The notes: generated by a model from the letters alone, not told the origin. Shown: positions 34,012-46,703, counted from the whole stretch's first letter. The stretch: 58,178 nt of DNA, filler included, from Dirinaria sp. TL-2023a (GCA_051941275.1; 6 parts of 6 records of this genome joined end to end with filler, not necessarily neighbours in it); one strand, 5' to 3'. Made by a program: numbers and translations.

Positions 34012-37000
34012 ATGAGCTCGACATGTTCTCCACGCGGCGACGCAGGAGGTACTATGCATCTTCTTTCGCCCACCCACCTACATCAGGTTGATCCCACTTC
34101 GACATTCAAGATTCGACGCTCGCTCTCACGATCGCCATCGAAAATTTCCGCCTTCCGCCTTGTGGCATCCAAATCAACATCACCATCTGCAAGTCCTTCT
34201 TTATCACCTCCATGTCTTTCACCGCCTAATCGCTCTACTTCGACACCGCTCTTGGCGCATATTACTCAAGTTGCGCCCACACCACGATCGACCGAGCAAT
34301 ATCCAGCCACCACTACGAAAGTGAGATCTACTGCGCGCAACCTTAGCCCCTCGCGCACCCTATCGCGCGTTGGAAGTCGCCAGCGAAGTCCAGCAAAGAG
34401 AACACTCAGCGAATCGAGTGATCAGGGCAATTCGCAGCCTCACTCTTCAGCCGGATCAAGCAGCGATGGTATTGAAAATCGAGTCGCGAAGGACATTAGC
34501 TCCACGGAAATTTTTCCCAGTAGCGCTACGACACAGGACTGGTTCAGCGCAGAGGAGAAGTCGTTCGCGCCATTGCGAGCAGTCGCGCGCACGGTCGGTT
34601 TCGGGGGGCCTCCAGCAAAGTCTAGCCCCTTGAAACGAAGTGATGGCATTATGAATTTGGATCAAGCGAGTATGGGAAGTCCCTCGGCAAAGAGAAGAAG
34701 TTTACATGGCGCATCTTTTGGCACCGACTTTGACATATTTGATCACGAAGCTAATTTGCAGGGTGGAAAGGAGGATCGCGATTACAGAGCGCACACCAGC
34801 GCGGAAAGTATGACCAATGTCGAGCCTACATCCACTTTCTCGCCATTACCAAAACGCACCTCATCGTTGCGGCGAAGTACGCTCCAGCAGAGGCATGAAA
34901 AGCCAACATTAGCACGCTCGAGACTGAACTCAGATCTTGCCCATGATGCAGTCACCCCAGGTCAAGCGAACAGCAAGAGCAAATTTAGACAATCTTTGGG
35001 GAACATTTTGCCATCAAAGAATCGTGAAAGCCCATTCACTTTTCAGGGCAGCCTCCCCAGCGCGTCTGTGCATCCCATGTCGCAGCATAATTCTCAGTCA
35101 TCAGCTGCAGGAGATCAAACCAGACCTCAACGACATCCCCTGTCTCGCACCCTCACCCAATCGTCGTCGAACTCCAGTATGGCCGAAGACTCTCCGACGC
35201 ACATACCTGTCCGTCAACCAGCCCCCCGACGACCTTTGATAGACTTTTCCAAGTCACTTCCTATGGTCGGCCAGAGACCTGTGACGGGCGAAGGTTCTAG
35301 CCATACTGCAGATAGTCAGGCTTCGTCAAATGGACGTTCGCTTGCAACACCTGAAAATTATAAGCTGGCAAAGCCTAACCCTGCGGCATTCGCGTCAACT
35401 GGATTGATCTCAAAACGACATGTGAATATAGACGAGGTGCAACCGGGACTGCACGGAGGCAGATCGCTAATGCCTGATACGCCTTGCAAGCGCCATAGTC
35501 TCATGGGGGCTCCTACGCCTGTGGTAGCGCCCTCCAGCAAGCAGGAATTGAAGGATCGACATGTTAGGCATTCATTTGGTACTCCATCAACTCCGTACAG
35601 CTCTCATGCTGCTCGAGCTGAGCCAGGCGCTTTCGGTAAAGGCGTAAGCATTTTCGGCAGCAACGTCCTCAAGAGCAATATGCAGCGACGAGGTAGCTTT
35701 CTCAGCATCGAAGGCGAAGAGCATTCTCAATCGCCTCTCGGGAACGGGGAAAGCCAGTCCAGTGCAGACGCGGACCTACCTCCAACGCCGACAAAGCAAG
35801 CGCTTGCTTCGGGCTCGTTTCAGCAAGCGCATAGCTCCCGGAGCACTTTTGGAGGGTTTCCTTCAGCTCCAGTTGTCGAGCCGCGTTTAGGATCCCCTTT
35901 ACCTGACCAAGCTTGTAAGTCATTTCCAGTTGGATCGCCATCGCGGAGCGTGGATGAAGACAGTGACAATATGATGGACGAATCTCCATCCGTTGCCCTG
36001 AGATTCAGAAATTCTCTTTCGATGCCGGCTTCTTTTACTCGTTCACGGCGCGTTTCAGCGAACTTCAAGTCTCCTACGCCGCTGAGCCGTTCCTCTTTTA
36101 CTCTCCCTCCCCTATCCTCCAAAAGAAAAGCAACTAAACGAAATCCTCTTTCTCCAGCAAGTCCAATCAACGATATTTTTCAGCGCCTATCGCCACACAC
36201 CCCCCGAGACCATGTCTTAACACCAGACCCAAGTCGCCTCTCGATATCAGGCCATGGCGACGGCATCATACGTCCTATGGAAGGAATCACGAGCAGTGCG
36301 TCTGTTGGACCTCCTGCAACGCCCACAATGATGAGAGATTCATTCCCGGGTTTTGGCGCCTCGACCTCTAGTATGACTCCATTGCACAACTTCCAGCCCG
36401 CTGAGGTCGACCAGAGCCTACTCAGTCGCTTTGATAAGGTGGAAATCGTGGGAACCGGCGAATTCTCTCAAGTATATCGTTGCTCGAAAGCTCAAGAAGC
36501 TAAGGAATACTTTGGTCCCTCGACGAGTCGTGGCTCCCCTCGGACGCCGCTGCCTGATCGTGTCTGGGCTGTCAAGAAGTCTCGCAAACCTTTTCTAGGA
36601 TCCAGAGATCGACAAAGAAAGCTTCAAGAAGTCAATGTTTTGAAAACCCTCTCCTTGTCCGAGCACGTATTGCATTTTGTCGACAGCTGGGAAGAGAAAG
36701 GTCACCTCTATATTCAAACGGAATTCTGTGAGGAGGGTACCTTGGATCTCTTTCTGGTACAAGAAGGTCGCAAGGGACGACTTGATGACTTCAGAATATG
36801 GAAGGTTATGGCCGAGCTTACACTTGTTCGTTTCCACTTCCCTTGTAAGCGACTGGATGGCTAACGCAAAATGCCAGGGTCTCCAGCATATTCACGACTC
36901 CGGGTTCATTCATCTAGACCTCAAGCCAGCTAACGTGCTCATCACCTTCGAAGGAACTTTGAAAATAGGCGATTTCGGTATGGCGTCTCCGTGGCCTGCC

Positions 37001-37615
37001 CAGCCAGGCATAGAGGGTGAAGGTGACCGCGAGTATATTGGACCTGAGGTACTCAAAGGTCAATTCGACAAACCTGCGGATATATTTGCCCTTGGCTTGA
37101 TCATTCTCGAGATTGCAGGAAATGTCCAGTTGCCCGATAATGGAGTCTCCTGGCAGCGTCTTAGGAACGGAGACATTAGCGACGTGCCGAGCTTGACCTT
37201 CAGTTCGAACCCAAGCAGCTTACCCGACCGATCCGACAGCGCCCAGACGACCCTTTCGTCCACTGACGACTTCTATCCTTCCGACTCCAGCAGTGATTTT
37301 GGAGATTTCTCTATGGAACATCGTCAAGCAGCGAGACAGAAGAAGTCCAGTACAGCTAGATATCAGCGGGGAGGCGAGCTTGCCGAACCACCGAATTTCA
37401 TGGTCGACGCCAACGATCAGGACGCGCTTGACAATGTTGTCCGTTGGCTGATCTCCCCTGATCCATGTTTAAGACCGGTGGCGGCGCAAGTGCTGACCAC
37501 CAAGGGGGTCCAATGGGCTATGAAGAGAGCCCGAGCAGGTGCCACCGTTTATGAGGGTCTTTGGGGACCCGCAGACGAAGTACTTGCAGATGATGCAGAG
37601 ATGATCGATGTTTGA
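34012..37615 (+). CDS. SWE1: Wee1/Swe1 mitosis-inhibitor protein kinase; intron 36826-36877, possible in-frame intron 35915-36157
   Basis: Kinase motifs GTGEFSQVY, AVKKS, HLYIQTEFCEEG, DDFRIWK, HLDLKPANVLITFEGTLKIGDFGMA and the Wee1-type EGEGDREYIGPE, plus LPDNGVSWQRLRNGD. Intron GTTCGT..GCTAAC..CAG joins the two track ORFs in frame. Start at ATG 34012 or 33952. Confidence 0.93.
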
Positions 37616-38790
37616 GTCCGCTTTTCCAAAGCAGGTTTTAGTGAGTAGGATGAAGTAGTGGGGGATGGATTACTCGATTATTTGGCCACCAAAACATTCA
37701 GTTAGCAAAAGACCGGCGATTTGGCGTTTCAGGATCGGGAGCATGTCAGCCGCCTTGGCTACAAAGGCCTGGATGGAGCAACACCAGACCGAGCAGGCGC
37801 AGCTGCGACTTTCGTATTTCGGGGATTTCAGCATTTCTCTTGACGAATGACGATACGATATTAACTGACATCGGCGGCTGCGGCTTTTAGCATGATGGAT
37901 GAACGACTTGGCGATTTTTTTCTCTTCCTCGTGGATCCTCTTCAGCATCTGGCCCCATAGACAACATGTCGAAGTCGCAAACAAAAAAAAAAAAAAAAGC
38001 AAGCTCCCTTCATACGTGGATCGTATGTACCAAAGGGGGGGTTCAAAAGACAGAAATACATTCACTTCTACACCACAACCGTGCCATTCAGCTCTGTATG
38101 GCAGTAAATTGTTCTGGACGCCATTTTCCAGCTCTTTCACGGAACGTCACCCACCATCACTCTTAATCGCCTAACCTCTTATGTGGGAACGATGAACCGC
38201 AACTTGCAGCAGCTCTGGCACTTTTTTTTTCCCGCTTGTATGAATAATTACTGTTTTTTATCTACATAGAAAAAGGACCGCTCCTTTTGCTTCGTCCTGC
38301 CTTCATTGAGCATCTGCGCGCAGCTTGCTTAAGCTTTGAAGTAGATAGAACAATTATTCAGTTTGAAAGACTTATTAGAGCACTGCCGCTTTAGCCTCTC
38401 GCTTTTCTTAGTATCTCCCCCAGCACTATCATGCTTTCATTCCCCAAAGCCAGCGCAACACCCCCCCCCCCCAAACAAAGATCTACCAGCTCAAAACACG
38501 AGCTGCTTAGACAGGCACTTCTCAATCCGAGCTCCGGTCCAAAAAAAAATATAGAGGATATTTTCTGAAAATCAAATAGAGTGCGTATGCAAAGGAGTAT
38601 TCAATAATTGCATTTTTTGCCGTGTCCCCCTTCGGCCCTATAAAATTCCGTCTCGGGTAAATTTTCCCTGAGATATCCACACTCGATCCTAAGACCTTTA
38701 CCTTAAACCCCAAATTTTACAAAGCCGCACCACCTCTCCACGAACCGCATCCCATCTACAGCACCAAACAACAAAAAACACCAACAACAA

Positions 38791-38890
38791 NNNNNNNNNN
38801 NNNNNNNNNNNNNNNNNNNNNNNNNNNNNNNNNNTTAATTAATTAANNNNNNNNNNNNNNNNNNNNNNNNNNNNNNNNNNNNNNNNNNNN
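38791..38890. other. Artificial contig spacer N44-TTAATTAATTAA-N44
   Basis: Same 100-nt linker. Confidence 0.97.
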
Positions 38891-39037
38891 TAGGTTCATA
38901 GATTGATATACCATTGAGGTGAGGTGCTGAAATCCTTGAGCTCCTGATTATTGCTATCTTGCCACTTGAGCTATTATTTGAAAGCTTCCATTTGGTTAAT
39001 CACACGAAAATGCATTTATGTCATGCGAGAAACAATT

Positions 39038-40093
39038 TTAGTCTGTAATTGTTTTCGTACGACGCTCGAAAATCTGATAAATTGCGCTGATATTCGCTGT
39101 GATCCTTCCTTGATTTTCCGTCACCACGTATATGTCTTGAACGTTTTGTAGCTTTTCGTGGTCCATTCCGTAGCATCTGATCTTTCTCAGCACTGACCAT
39201 GAAAGAGTCCAACGAATTCCGATTAAGTAATGATATGTGGTTGAGTAAACATTGTCATAGTCTGTGGTCAAAGACCAAGATGTTTTTTCCGATATGTTCA
39301 AGGCGATCTTGAGCGAGGTAGCAATGATGTCAAGACAATGTCGAGCGGAGCAGACTGTGATTGCGTAATGAGTGCGTGGCATAATCGGCTTGAAGACAAG
39401 ACATAAGTGCAAGAAGTGGTTTTGCTGAGAATTTAATTGGGCGTTGAAATTCTTATGCAACATCAAATCCGCTGAGAAGTATCTATAAAGATAATCTGGT
39501 GAAGGAAAGAGCAAAGCGGATCCGACAATGTAGGAGTATTGGTGATAAAACAGGGGTTTGGGAAGACTTTGCCGCTAAGAGTCCCATATGGCTTGGAGTT
39601 AGCCATCAAGAGTGTTAGCCTTGACCATGTTCGATGGCTGATCAATTCAAGCTCCAAAATTTCTTCTCGGCTCATGTAAGTGAGACAATGGCCTATCCGT
39701 TATTAGCTCTGAACCCTTCTGACTACGGTTTTTGAGCTGCTCATTGAGCCGCTCATCTGCCTTCCCGTATGGATCAATTTCCAAAGCGCTCCGGTATCCA
39801 AGCATAGAAACGCAACTTGTTGTCGATTGCAAGAAACAAGTCCAGAGTAAGAAAAATGAAACGAGGAAGAAGAGTAAAAGTGAGAGCTTTAAAGCTATAT
39901 GTTGGTTAGATCTATCGTTGAAAGACTCTTTAAATGAAGTAGGGGCTGTGATATATATATCTCGATTCATGAAATCTTCGTCGAAGTCAAGTCTGAAAAG
40001 ATCATCATGTGTGGCAAGAGTGGCTTTCAAATAAAGTATACACGAGATTTTCAAAGATTGATTTGCTGCTCTCGTCGTCTCGAGTGTGGACAT
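39038..40093 (-). pseudogene. Degenerate reading frame for an unidentified protein with one predicted TM segment
   Basis: Track ORFs 40093-39647 and 39514-39038 are in the same frame, bridged by ..NFGA*IDQPSNMVKANTLDG*LQAIWDS*RQSLPKPLFYHQYSYIVGSAL.. (TGA, TAA, TAG). Hydrophobic LSLLLFFLVSFFLLW segment. Family not recognised. Confidence 0.45.
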
Positions 40094-40512
40094 GTGGAGA
40101 ATGAGTCATGTGCAGGCATGCTTCGGCAGGCGTTGGCAATGTTCAAATTTTTAATAGATATCGTTGGCAGATTCACTGATCGCGTTTAGTAAAAGACGAG
40201 GAGTAGGAACACGCATACGAAAACAGAACCATCAAGGCGTAGCGGTGCTTGATACAGAGGGTCGTGACAAGACTGTTGAAGTAGATAGCTTCGAATTTGA
40301 TAGAAGACAGCAGATGATGCGATATAGAGAATACCTTAAGAATCCGTCAGGCCTGGCTCCAAAGCCTACTTCAACCCTTAGCCAACCCTCAACTCACGAA
40401 AAAGTACTCACAGCCTCAAACCCAGTCATCCAAATGACACACAATCATCATATCCATATTCCGTTAATGCAAATAACTCATAACTTCTTCCAACAGTTGA
40501 GTCACATCCTCA

Positions 40513-40531
40513 AAAATAGAAAAAAAAGAAA
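40513..40531 (-). terminator. Pol III oligo(T) terminator downstream of tRNA-Leu
   Basis: A-runs on the + strand (including A8 at 40520-40527) are T-runs 15-30 nt 3' of the tRNA. Confidence 0.65.
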
Positions 40532-40545
40532 GTTGATCAGACGAC

Positions 40546-40644
40546 TGACAGGAGTGGGACTCGAACCCACGCTCGTTTCCGAACCAGGAAATTGTTGTTA
40601 AGGTAACCTTAACCTGGCGCCATAACCAACTCGGCCATCCTGCC
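40546..40644 (-). tRNA. tRNA-Leu(AAG) with 17-nt intron
   Basis: Minus strand GGCAGGATGGCCGAGTTGGTTATGGCGCCAGGTTAAGG[TTACCTTAACAACAATT]TCCTGGTTCGGAAACGAGCGTGGGTTCGAGTCCCACTCCTGTCA: acceptor stem, A and B boxes, CCAGG/CCTGG anticodon stem, long variable arm. Intronic CCTTAAC pairs with GTTAAGG. Confidence 0.93.
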
Positions 40645-41144
40645 TAACAATGAATTAACTCAACTAATTATTTATATAATTTTAAATTTGACTTGTGTGT
40701 GATGATGAGTGCGAAGGCGTGCTTTGAAAATCCGTCTTGTTCGTTTGTATCTCCACATCTGATAATATGGTATAGCGATATAGAAACTTGGGCTCGGCAT
40801 CGATCGGTCTCTGTTGCTCTACTGACATCATCGCTCTGGATCGAAAAAAATTCTGCTACCCACTTTTCCCGCCTCTACTCGATACTTCCTGTACATTGCC
40901 ATACGCTGATCGGGAACTAATGTATGGAGGCAATCTTCAAATTAGTCCCTTGTCACGCTTCGCACTTTGCAACGATGCCTACTCGACAATTCCATGGTGA
41001 AGTGGGACAACTTCTGCCTCCCAAAGTTTTCTTTAGATCACGATCCACATCCTGCTGTCTCCCATCGACAGCACCTGGATGACTTATCTGCTGGATTAAG
41101 GACTAAAGTTAGCCGTCGCTCGTGGAGCTTCGGCAGTCTATTTT

Positions 41145-42882
41145 CTACCTTACAAACTCAGACACTCTACATGGTAGATCACCGCTAGGCTGGGCTCGCT
41201 GAATTTGATAGCCTCTCTGCCCATGCACTGTCTTAATACCTGTGGATCTCTTCACGCTATCCAATTCATCATACGCCAGTTCGAAATCGAAACTTCGGGC
41301 CGTCATCGCTATAATAACTTTCATCTCAATCATCGCAAGCTCTTGCCCAATGCAATTTCTCGGCCCATGCTCAAAAGGCCGCCATGCACCTTTAATCGGG
41401 TGGAGCGGGTCTTCTGGTCCAACGAGCCATCGCTCCGGTATGAACTCATCAGGCTGATACCAGTAAGCTGGATCGCGATGCACGAGAACCGGATCTGACC
41501 AGACAAGGAAGCCGTTGGTAGGATATCGGCGGCCTAAGTCATCTGTGACGTAGAAATCCGGCTCACCCGCTCGAGTACTGGAGACAGCAGGGTGAAGCCT
41601 TAAAGTCTCTTTTATAACAGCGGCGGTGTATGGAAGCCGATTTAGCAAGACGGGGTCTGATGTGAGAATGGACTCTATCTGCGAAGCTTCTGGACCGAGG
41701 ACTGAATCATGTTCTGCTCGAACCCGGGCGAGAACCTCGGTTTGGGTGGCTAGCGTGTAAAAGATGTAGCACACAGTGCTGCTTGTCGTGTCGTGTCCTG
41801 AGAAGAGGAATAGCTTGATTTGGTTCATCGTGAATTTCTTAAACGTGCTGTCCAGGGGCTGGGATTTCCTCTTCAAATTCTCCGCAAGGTAGGCATTGAG
41901 GACTAGATCAACAATTGACTTGCTATGACTGTTTGAGTGGCCATCCAAGCTCTGCAGTCTGGCAAAGCGACTGTCTATTCTCTTGGATACGTAATCGTTC
42001 ATTCGTCGGGAATTGTACCAGTGAACGAGGGGACGAACAGGGTTGTACCTCGTAAAAGGATTAACATCTGCCCCGAAAGTCAACCAGCGGATTTGCATTC
42101 TTAAACCATCCACTAGGGGGTTTCTTTGGCTTTGCGAGTTCAGATCTGTGTCTCTACAGACTTGTGAGTCACTCGAGCGAGTGTTCTGTCAAAATTGCTT
42201 ACAGAACGATTTTTCCTATGATATCCATGGTCAAATTGTCTGTCAAGTCTTTCATCCTGAAAAGTGTATGACATCGTGAGTGGCGTCTGAGGATGTCACA
42301 GAAATGACGTGTTTCTTCTACTATAATGCCAGTCTCGCTCATCAAATGGCTCGCACTGAAGCCTGGATTAAAGATTCCTCTCCATGTTTTCCACAAATCC
42401 CCTTCCATAGTCACTATATCCATACCTTCGGATATGGGCTTTAAGAAGTATTTCAAGGCGTGGTATTTGGGTAGGGAGTGTTCCTGCGTAATTTGGTACA
42501 AGCCGTGAATATACGCAACAACAAGCATTTGAGGGCCGAACGGCCACGTATCCAGGTAGTAAATAGGTCCAAGGTCTGGTAGGGTTCGGCGAATCATATC
42601 TGGAAGATAGTTTGGATGCGCATCACTGGGTAGCTCCGATTGAATGCGATAGCAAAAGTATAGATGACCGAAGAGAGGATTCCACGGCGGCATTGGCTTA
42701 AAACGAATCAGCATTGTGACTTTCATACTTATTCGGCTTGGTTCTAGTTATACTAGTCCTTGTTTCTTATATTTATATATCGAACTGCGAGCCCTGTATA
42801 GCTTGAAGAGGAATCGACATGTAAAAATGAATAAGATCGCCGTCACGGTCGTCATAGTTGGTGGAAGTTCTACTTTCGCCAT
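41145..42882 (-). CDS. Cytochrome P450 monooxygenase (StcS/AflN(VerA)-like); exons 42882-42754, 42696-42203, 42153-41145
   Basis: N-terminal anchor then PMPPWNPLFGHL, YYLDTWPF, I-helix FSGHDTT, ETLR, PERW and heme loop FEHGPRNCIG. Introns GTATAA..GCTGAT..AAG and GTAAGC..TAG keep frame. Subfamily assignment is by resemblance only. Confidence 0.92.
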
Positions 42883-45762
42883 CCTCTTTCAATAATTGTG
42901 TCACTGTGTGAAACACTTGCCAGTTCAACAAACAGGTTCCCCTTATCAGAACATGCGAGAATACGCTGCGAAGTCCAACTCACCATGGAAATTTGGAGAG
43001 GTTATGAGATTGCGAGTAAGGTCACATAACCGCGCAAAATACTGAGGATGGCCAGAATTAGCAGTGTACGTACGTCAATCCCGAAAATGGCAACGCCGAC
43101 AGAGTACAGTGCGCAAGCGTCATCCTGAGAGTCACATGATATTCACGTTCTATCAAGGATATTCGTAGAAAAGCCAGGCGAGGCCAAATGAAAACCATTC
43201 TTTACTTATGGGATTAGATGTATTCTTGTGGCGGAAGGAGGCGACGGGAGTTCTAAGAGCGACGCTAGCCTCATAAAGTAAGCTTATTACTTCCAACTGT
43301 CTGGACATTCCAAAATATGTATGGGATATTTTCATTGTACTTTGCTCGAATGACATTACCTACTGTACACTTCAGTCTTCAACTATTCCATAGGCATCTG
43401 TAATCGAAAGAGCTTTTACATGTACATCCGGTATGCTCACCCTTCCGTCCAGAACCATGGTCTATTCAATCTCTACCCTGTGTCAGCTATCCGAGAAGCT
43501 GTGACCGCGCTCTGCACTGCCTCCAAGGAGAGATTTCAGCGCTGATAAATCTTTGTTACTAGGAAGATCAAGATCTGAGAGTCCTTGCTCAAAGCCTACC
43601 ACTTTTTTCTGAATGATCTGCGAACTGTTGCTGAGCCATACATCAGCTCTGGAATAATCGACGCCAGCACTGTTGTCAAGCAGAGCAGTGAGTAGAGAAG
43701 CGTTGAAAATGAGCCACGCGGAGGTTAGATTCAGCATCGGCGAAAATACTACTCCATCATCTATTGTAGCGGACAGTTGACGGAAGTAGGTAGGTGTCCA
43801 CCACGAAATCTTCTTAAATAGGACTGTTTGTCCAGGGACTTTGGCATCTCCCTTGAGCCAGGAAGGAGCACGAGCGAGCAGAGCAAATGAGCTGTAAGAA
43901 GCTCAAGAGAAACAGAAGCCTGCGGTTTCTGATGGCGCAGAGAAACGCACTGCGCCTGAACTAAGTTTTCTCCTTTGCAGAGAGTCATGTATTCTTGTTA
44001 GAATGAATGATTTCTAACATGAAAGATACCGTTTTTGCTCTCAGCGGCCAATCGCAGTCTCCGTTCATGGATGATTGCACTCATTTCCCCTTCTTTTATA
44101 TTCTTGTGTGAATGCCAGGCTGTGATTTTGCCTTTGACTTGATGTTCGCCGATGAGTCGTTAGCTACAAGCTGGCGCATACAGTGGTAACGTTTCCGTAA
44201 CATGTCAGCCTGCCTAGAGTACCGTGTCAAGAAAAGAGGAGGGGGCTATTAGTCTTCTCACTCGGGCGGGGGAAGGATGTGTATGCTGCTTAGAGGCCGA
44301 GGTGATGATAAATCTCTTTCATGGAATCGGCCAGCGCTTTGTCTTCGGTGGAATTTAGTGTATATAACATCACTTTTACCTTCCCTTCGCAATCGATGTT
44401 ACATAAGGATAAAGTGATGGCGTATATATCGAAGGAGCCGGGTGATGTATCTTGTTGCATATGAGGCTTCCGTGACTCAAACAAGCTACTTTCATAACAT
44501 TGCGCGATCAGATATCGCAAGTGGGAAAGGGAAAGGAGAGGCAAGTTGCCAATTTGAGGACATGGTGTGTGCTTCAAGCCGCATCAGGCTTTAGCACGTT
44601 ACCATACGTGTTCAATGTCAGACGCAAGTCGCTTGGATCGCTCCGAGATCGTGCCATTATGTGGTTCATCCTACTTGCGTAAGGCACAAGTGCGCAGAGG
44701 CGAGCAGCCTGGGGCCTCACTTGGGAAAGGTAATGGGGAAGTTCGATTCGTGCACGTCGAGCCCGGACATCGCCGTAGAAAGCAGGTTGCCGTTCATGAC
44801 AGCGGCAATGGTGGCACTGCAGTATGGGCCGCGAAGTGGCTGTGATCTGCTTGGGTCGATTGCGCGAATGCTAGAGACAAAGTTCTGTGGCTGATTGGAC
44901 CTTGAATAGGGCGAGAAAACCAACTATGCTCAATTCCGCTCATGCATATGCTTACCGGACCTGGCCTGTCACCTAATGAGTGCTCCTTAGATAGCTCGTA
45001 TCTACTTTTCATCACTGCTGTAGAGAGGAATTCATATAGATCCTAAAATCTCTACGCTGGTCGCGGATCCTTTGAAGACTTGACTTGTGCCTTTGTACAA
45101 GACTATTCGTGGTTGCAGAATTGGACGTCCTAGATTTTGGGCTTCATGTAGTCATATCCTGACGTACCACGGATGCCTAAAGGGTGGTGCTTGGGCTATT
45201 AGCTCGGGTAATGGCTTTTCGTGGCTTTGCTCCGGACAAGTCACCTGTTCGCGAGGAGTCAAGCGTAATACTCATTTCGCTTCTCTCAAATATATTGGTT
45301 ATTCACCCAGGTCTACCCAAGTAAGGCTTTTTGTTGCACAACACAGTTTCGCTGGTTCCGTCTCGGAACGCGGTTGATAGCTTGAAGAGTCGAATTTTCT
45401 ATACAATATCCATTTTTTCGAGTAAATTCGATCGATGAGATTTCGAAGTACTTAATTGAGTTTGGAAATTCAGCACTAACAGTCACGTGACTGCATCAAT
45501 ATTCTGTAAGTTACTCGTATATTGTGCACAGCGCAGAGGTGTAAAAGATTGCACCCAGACCAAAGTCACGGTACTGGACGTACCAGGCCTCACCGGAAGT
45601 GCCAGACATGCTTCTGCAAACATCGGCACTGGTAGTACCACTTATTTCAAGACCGGTGTGAGAAGGCACCCAGCTTCGACTTGTCAGCCGTGATGTCCAG
45701 TGTATCTAGGCAGTCTGGGACAGGAAGCTCTCTGGGGCTGAGGTCTCGGTATGGCCGTGCTA

Positions 45763-45850
45763 ATGTAGGGAAAGCAGATGCACGCGATGAATGGACAAAG
45801 CCACAGATGTAGGGGAAGCAGATGCACGCGATGAATGCACAAGGCTAAAG
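45763..45850. repeat. Imperfect 2 x 44-bp tandem duplication
   Basis: atgtagggaaagcagatgcacgcgatgaatggacaaagccacag followed by atgtaggggaagcagatgcacgcgatgaatgcacaaggctaaag. Confidence 0.85.
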
Positions 45851-46244
45851 AGGAAAGAACATAATCTGCTGGCACTCGAGAAGGAAGAGCTCATGGGATG
45901 AATTATATGCCGCGAACCCGTAGCGCGCTCCTTTACTGGCTGTTGTACCGACGACCTATAGGCCCGTTAACTCTAAGGGTACGGGAGGTTGGTTCGGTAC
46001 CGTGATGGCTGCATATTCAAAGAACTTTTGTGCACGCTCTTCTTGGATCCCTCCAACAAGAAGAGCTTGACATGTCCGTTGTGTGATGGGTACGAATTGC
46101 TTCTCAAGTGTCCCTTATAAAGGTGTTTCCAACAGTCTCTCCATGATGTGAATTAGGACCATGATACATGATCTTGTTGGAATCTGTCCGCTTCTCCTGG
46201 TCACTCTTACGACCTCAGTCTAGATCTTTCGTCTCATCATCCTG

Positions 46245-46703
46245 ATGCCTCTGCACCAGCGCGCTAATAGCACATCCTTGACAATCCCACTTGCCAGTAC
46301 CTCAACTTCTTCGTCCTCCCACAACGCTAGCGCGTCTCCTGAAGTCGTCGTCGCCATAGTGTTCGGCGTCATAATGCTCTTCCTCGCCCTCGTCGGGCTC
46401 TGGCAGAACCACCAGGGACGAAAGCGTATAGACGCCCACGGCGAGCCCACTGCTCTGCATGCGCGTTGGATTGGACCATCCTGTATACATGGCCTTGACG
46501 TGAGGGAAGGCGATGCCAGGTACGTACGGCTACCTTCGATAGCGATGCGGAGCATGAGTGTAAGTTGGGCACTCAACAAGCTTGCCTCAGTACATACTCA
46601 TATGTGTTGCGTAGCTTCCACCAGCCCTCCATGCCTTAACATCGCTTCCAAACATTCACACACTTCAACCGGTGGCTGGTTATTCAGTTGGCATGCCAGC
46701 TGA
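46245..46703 (+). CDS. Putative small single-pass membrane protein (3' structure uncertain)
   Basis: Ser/Thr-rich N-terminus with NST and NAS sequons, TM helix VVVAIVFGVIMLFLALVGLW, then basic GRKR. A TATAAAA lies about 125 nt upstream. Confidence 0.45.
   Translation: MPLHQRANSTSLTIPLASTSTSSSSHNASASPEVVVAIVFGVIMLFLALVGLWQNHQGRKRIDAHGEPTALHARWIGPSCIHGLDVREGDARYVRLPSIAMRSMSVSWALNKLASVHTHMCCVASTSPPCLNIASKHSHTSTGGWLFSWHAS

Noticed and set aside
45763..45850. CRISPR-like repeat-spacer unit
   Set aside because: Only two adjacent copies with no unique spacer, in a eukaryotic context without cas genes.
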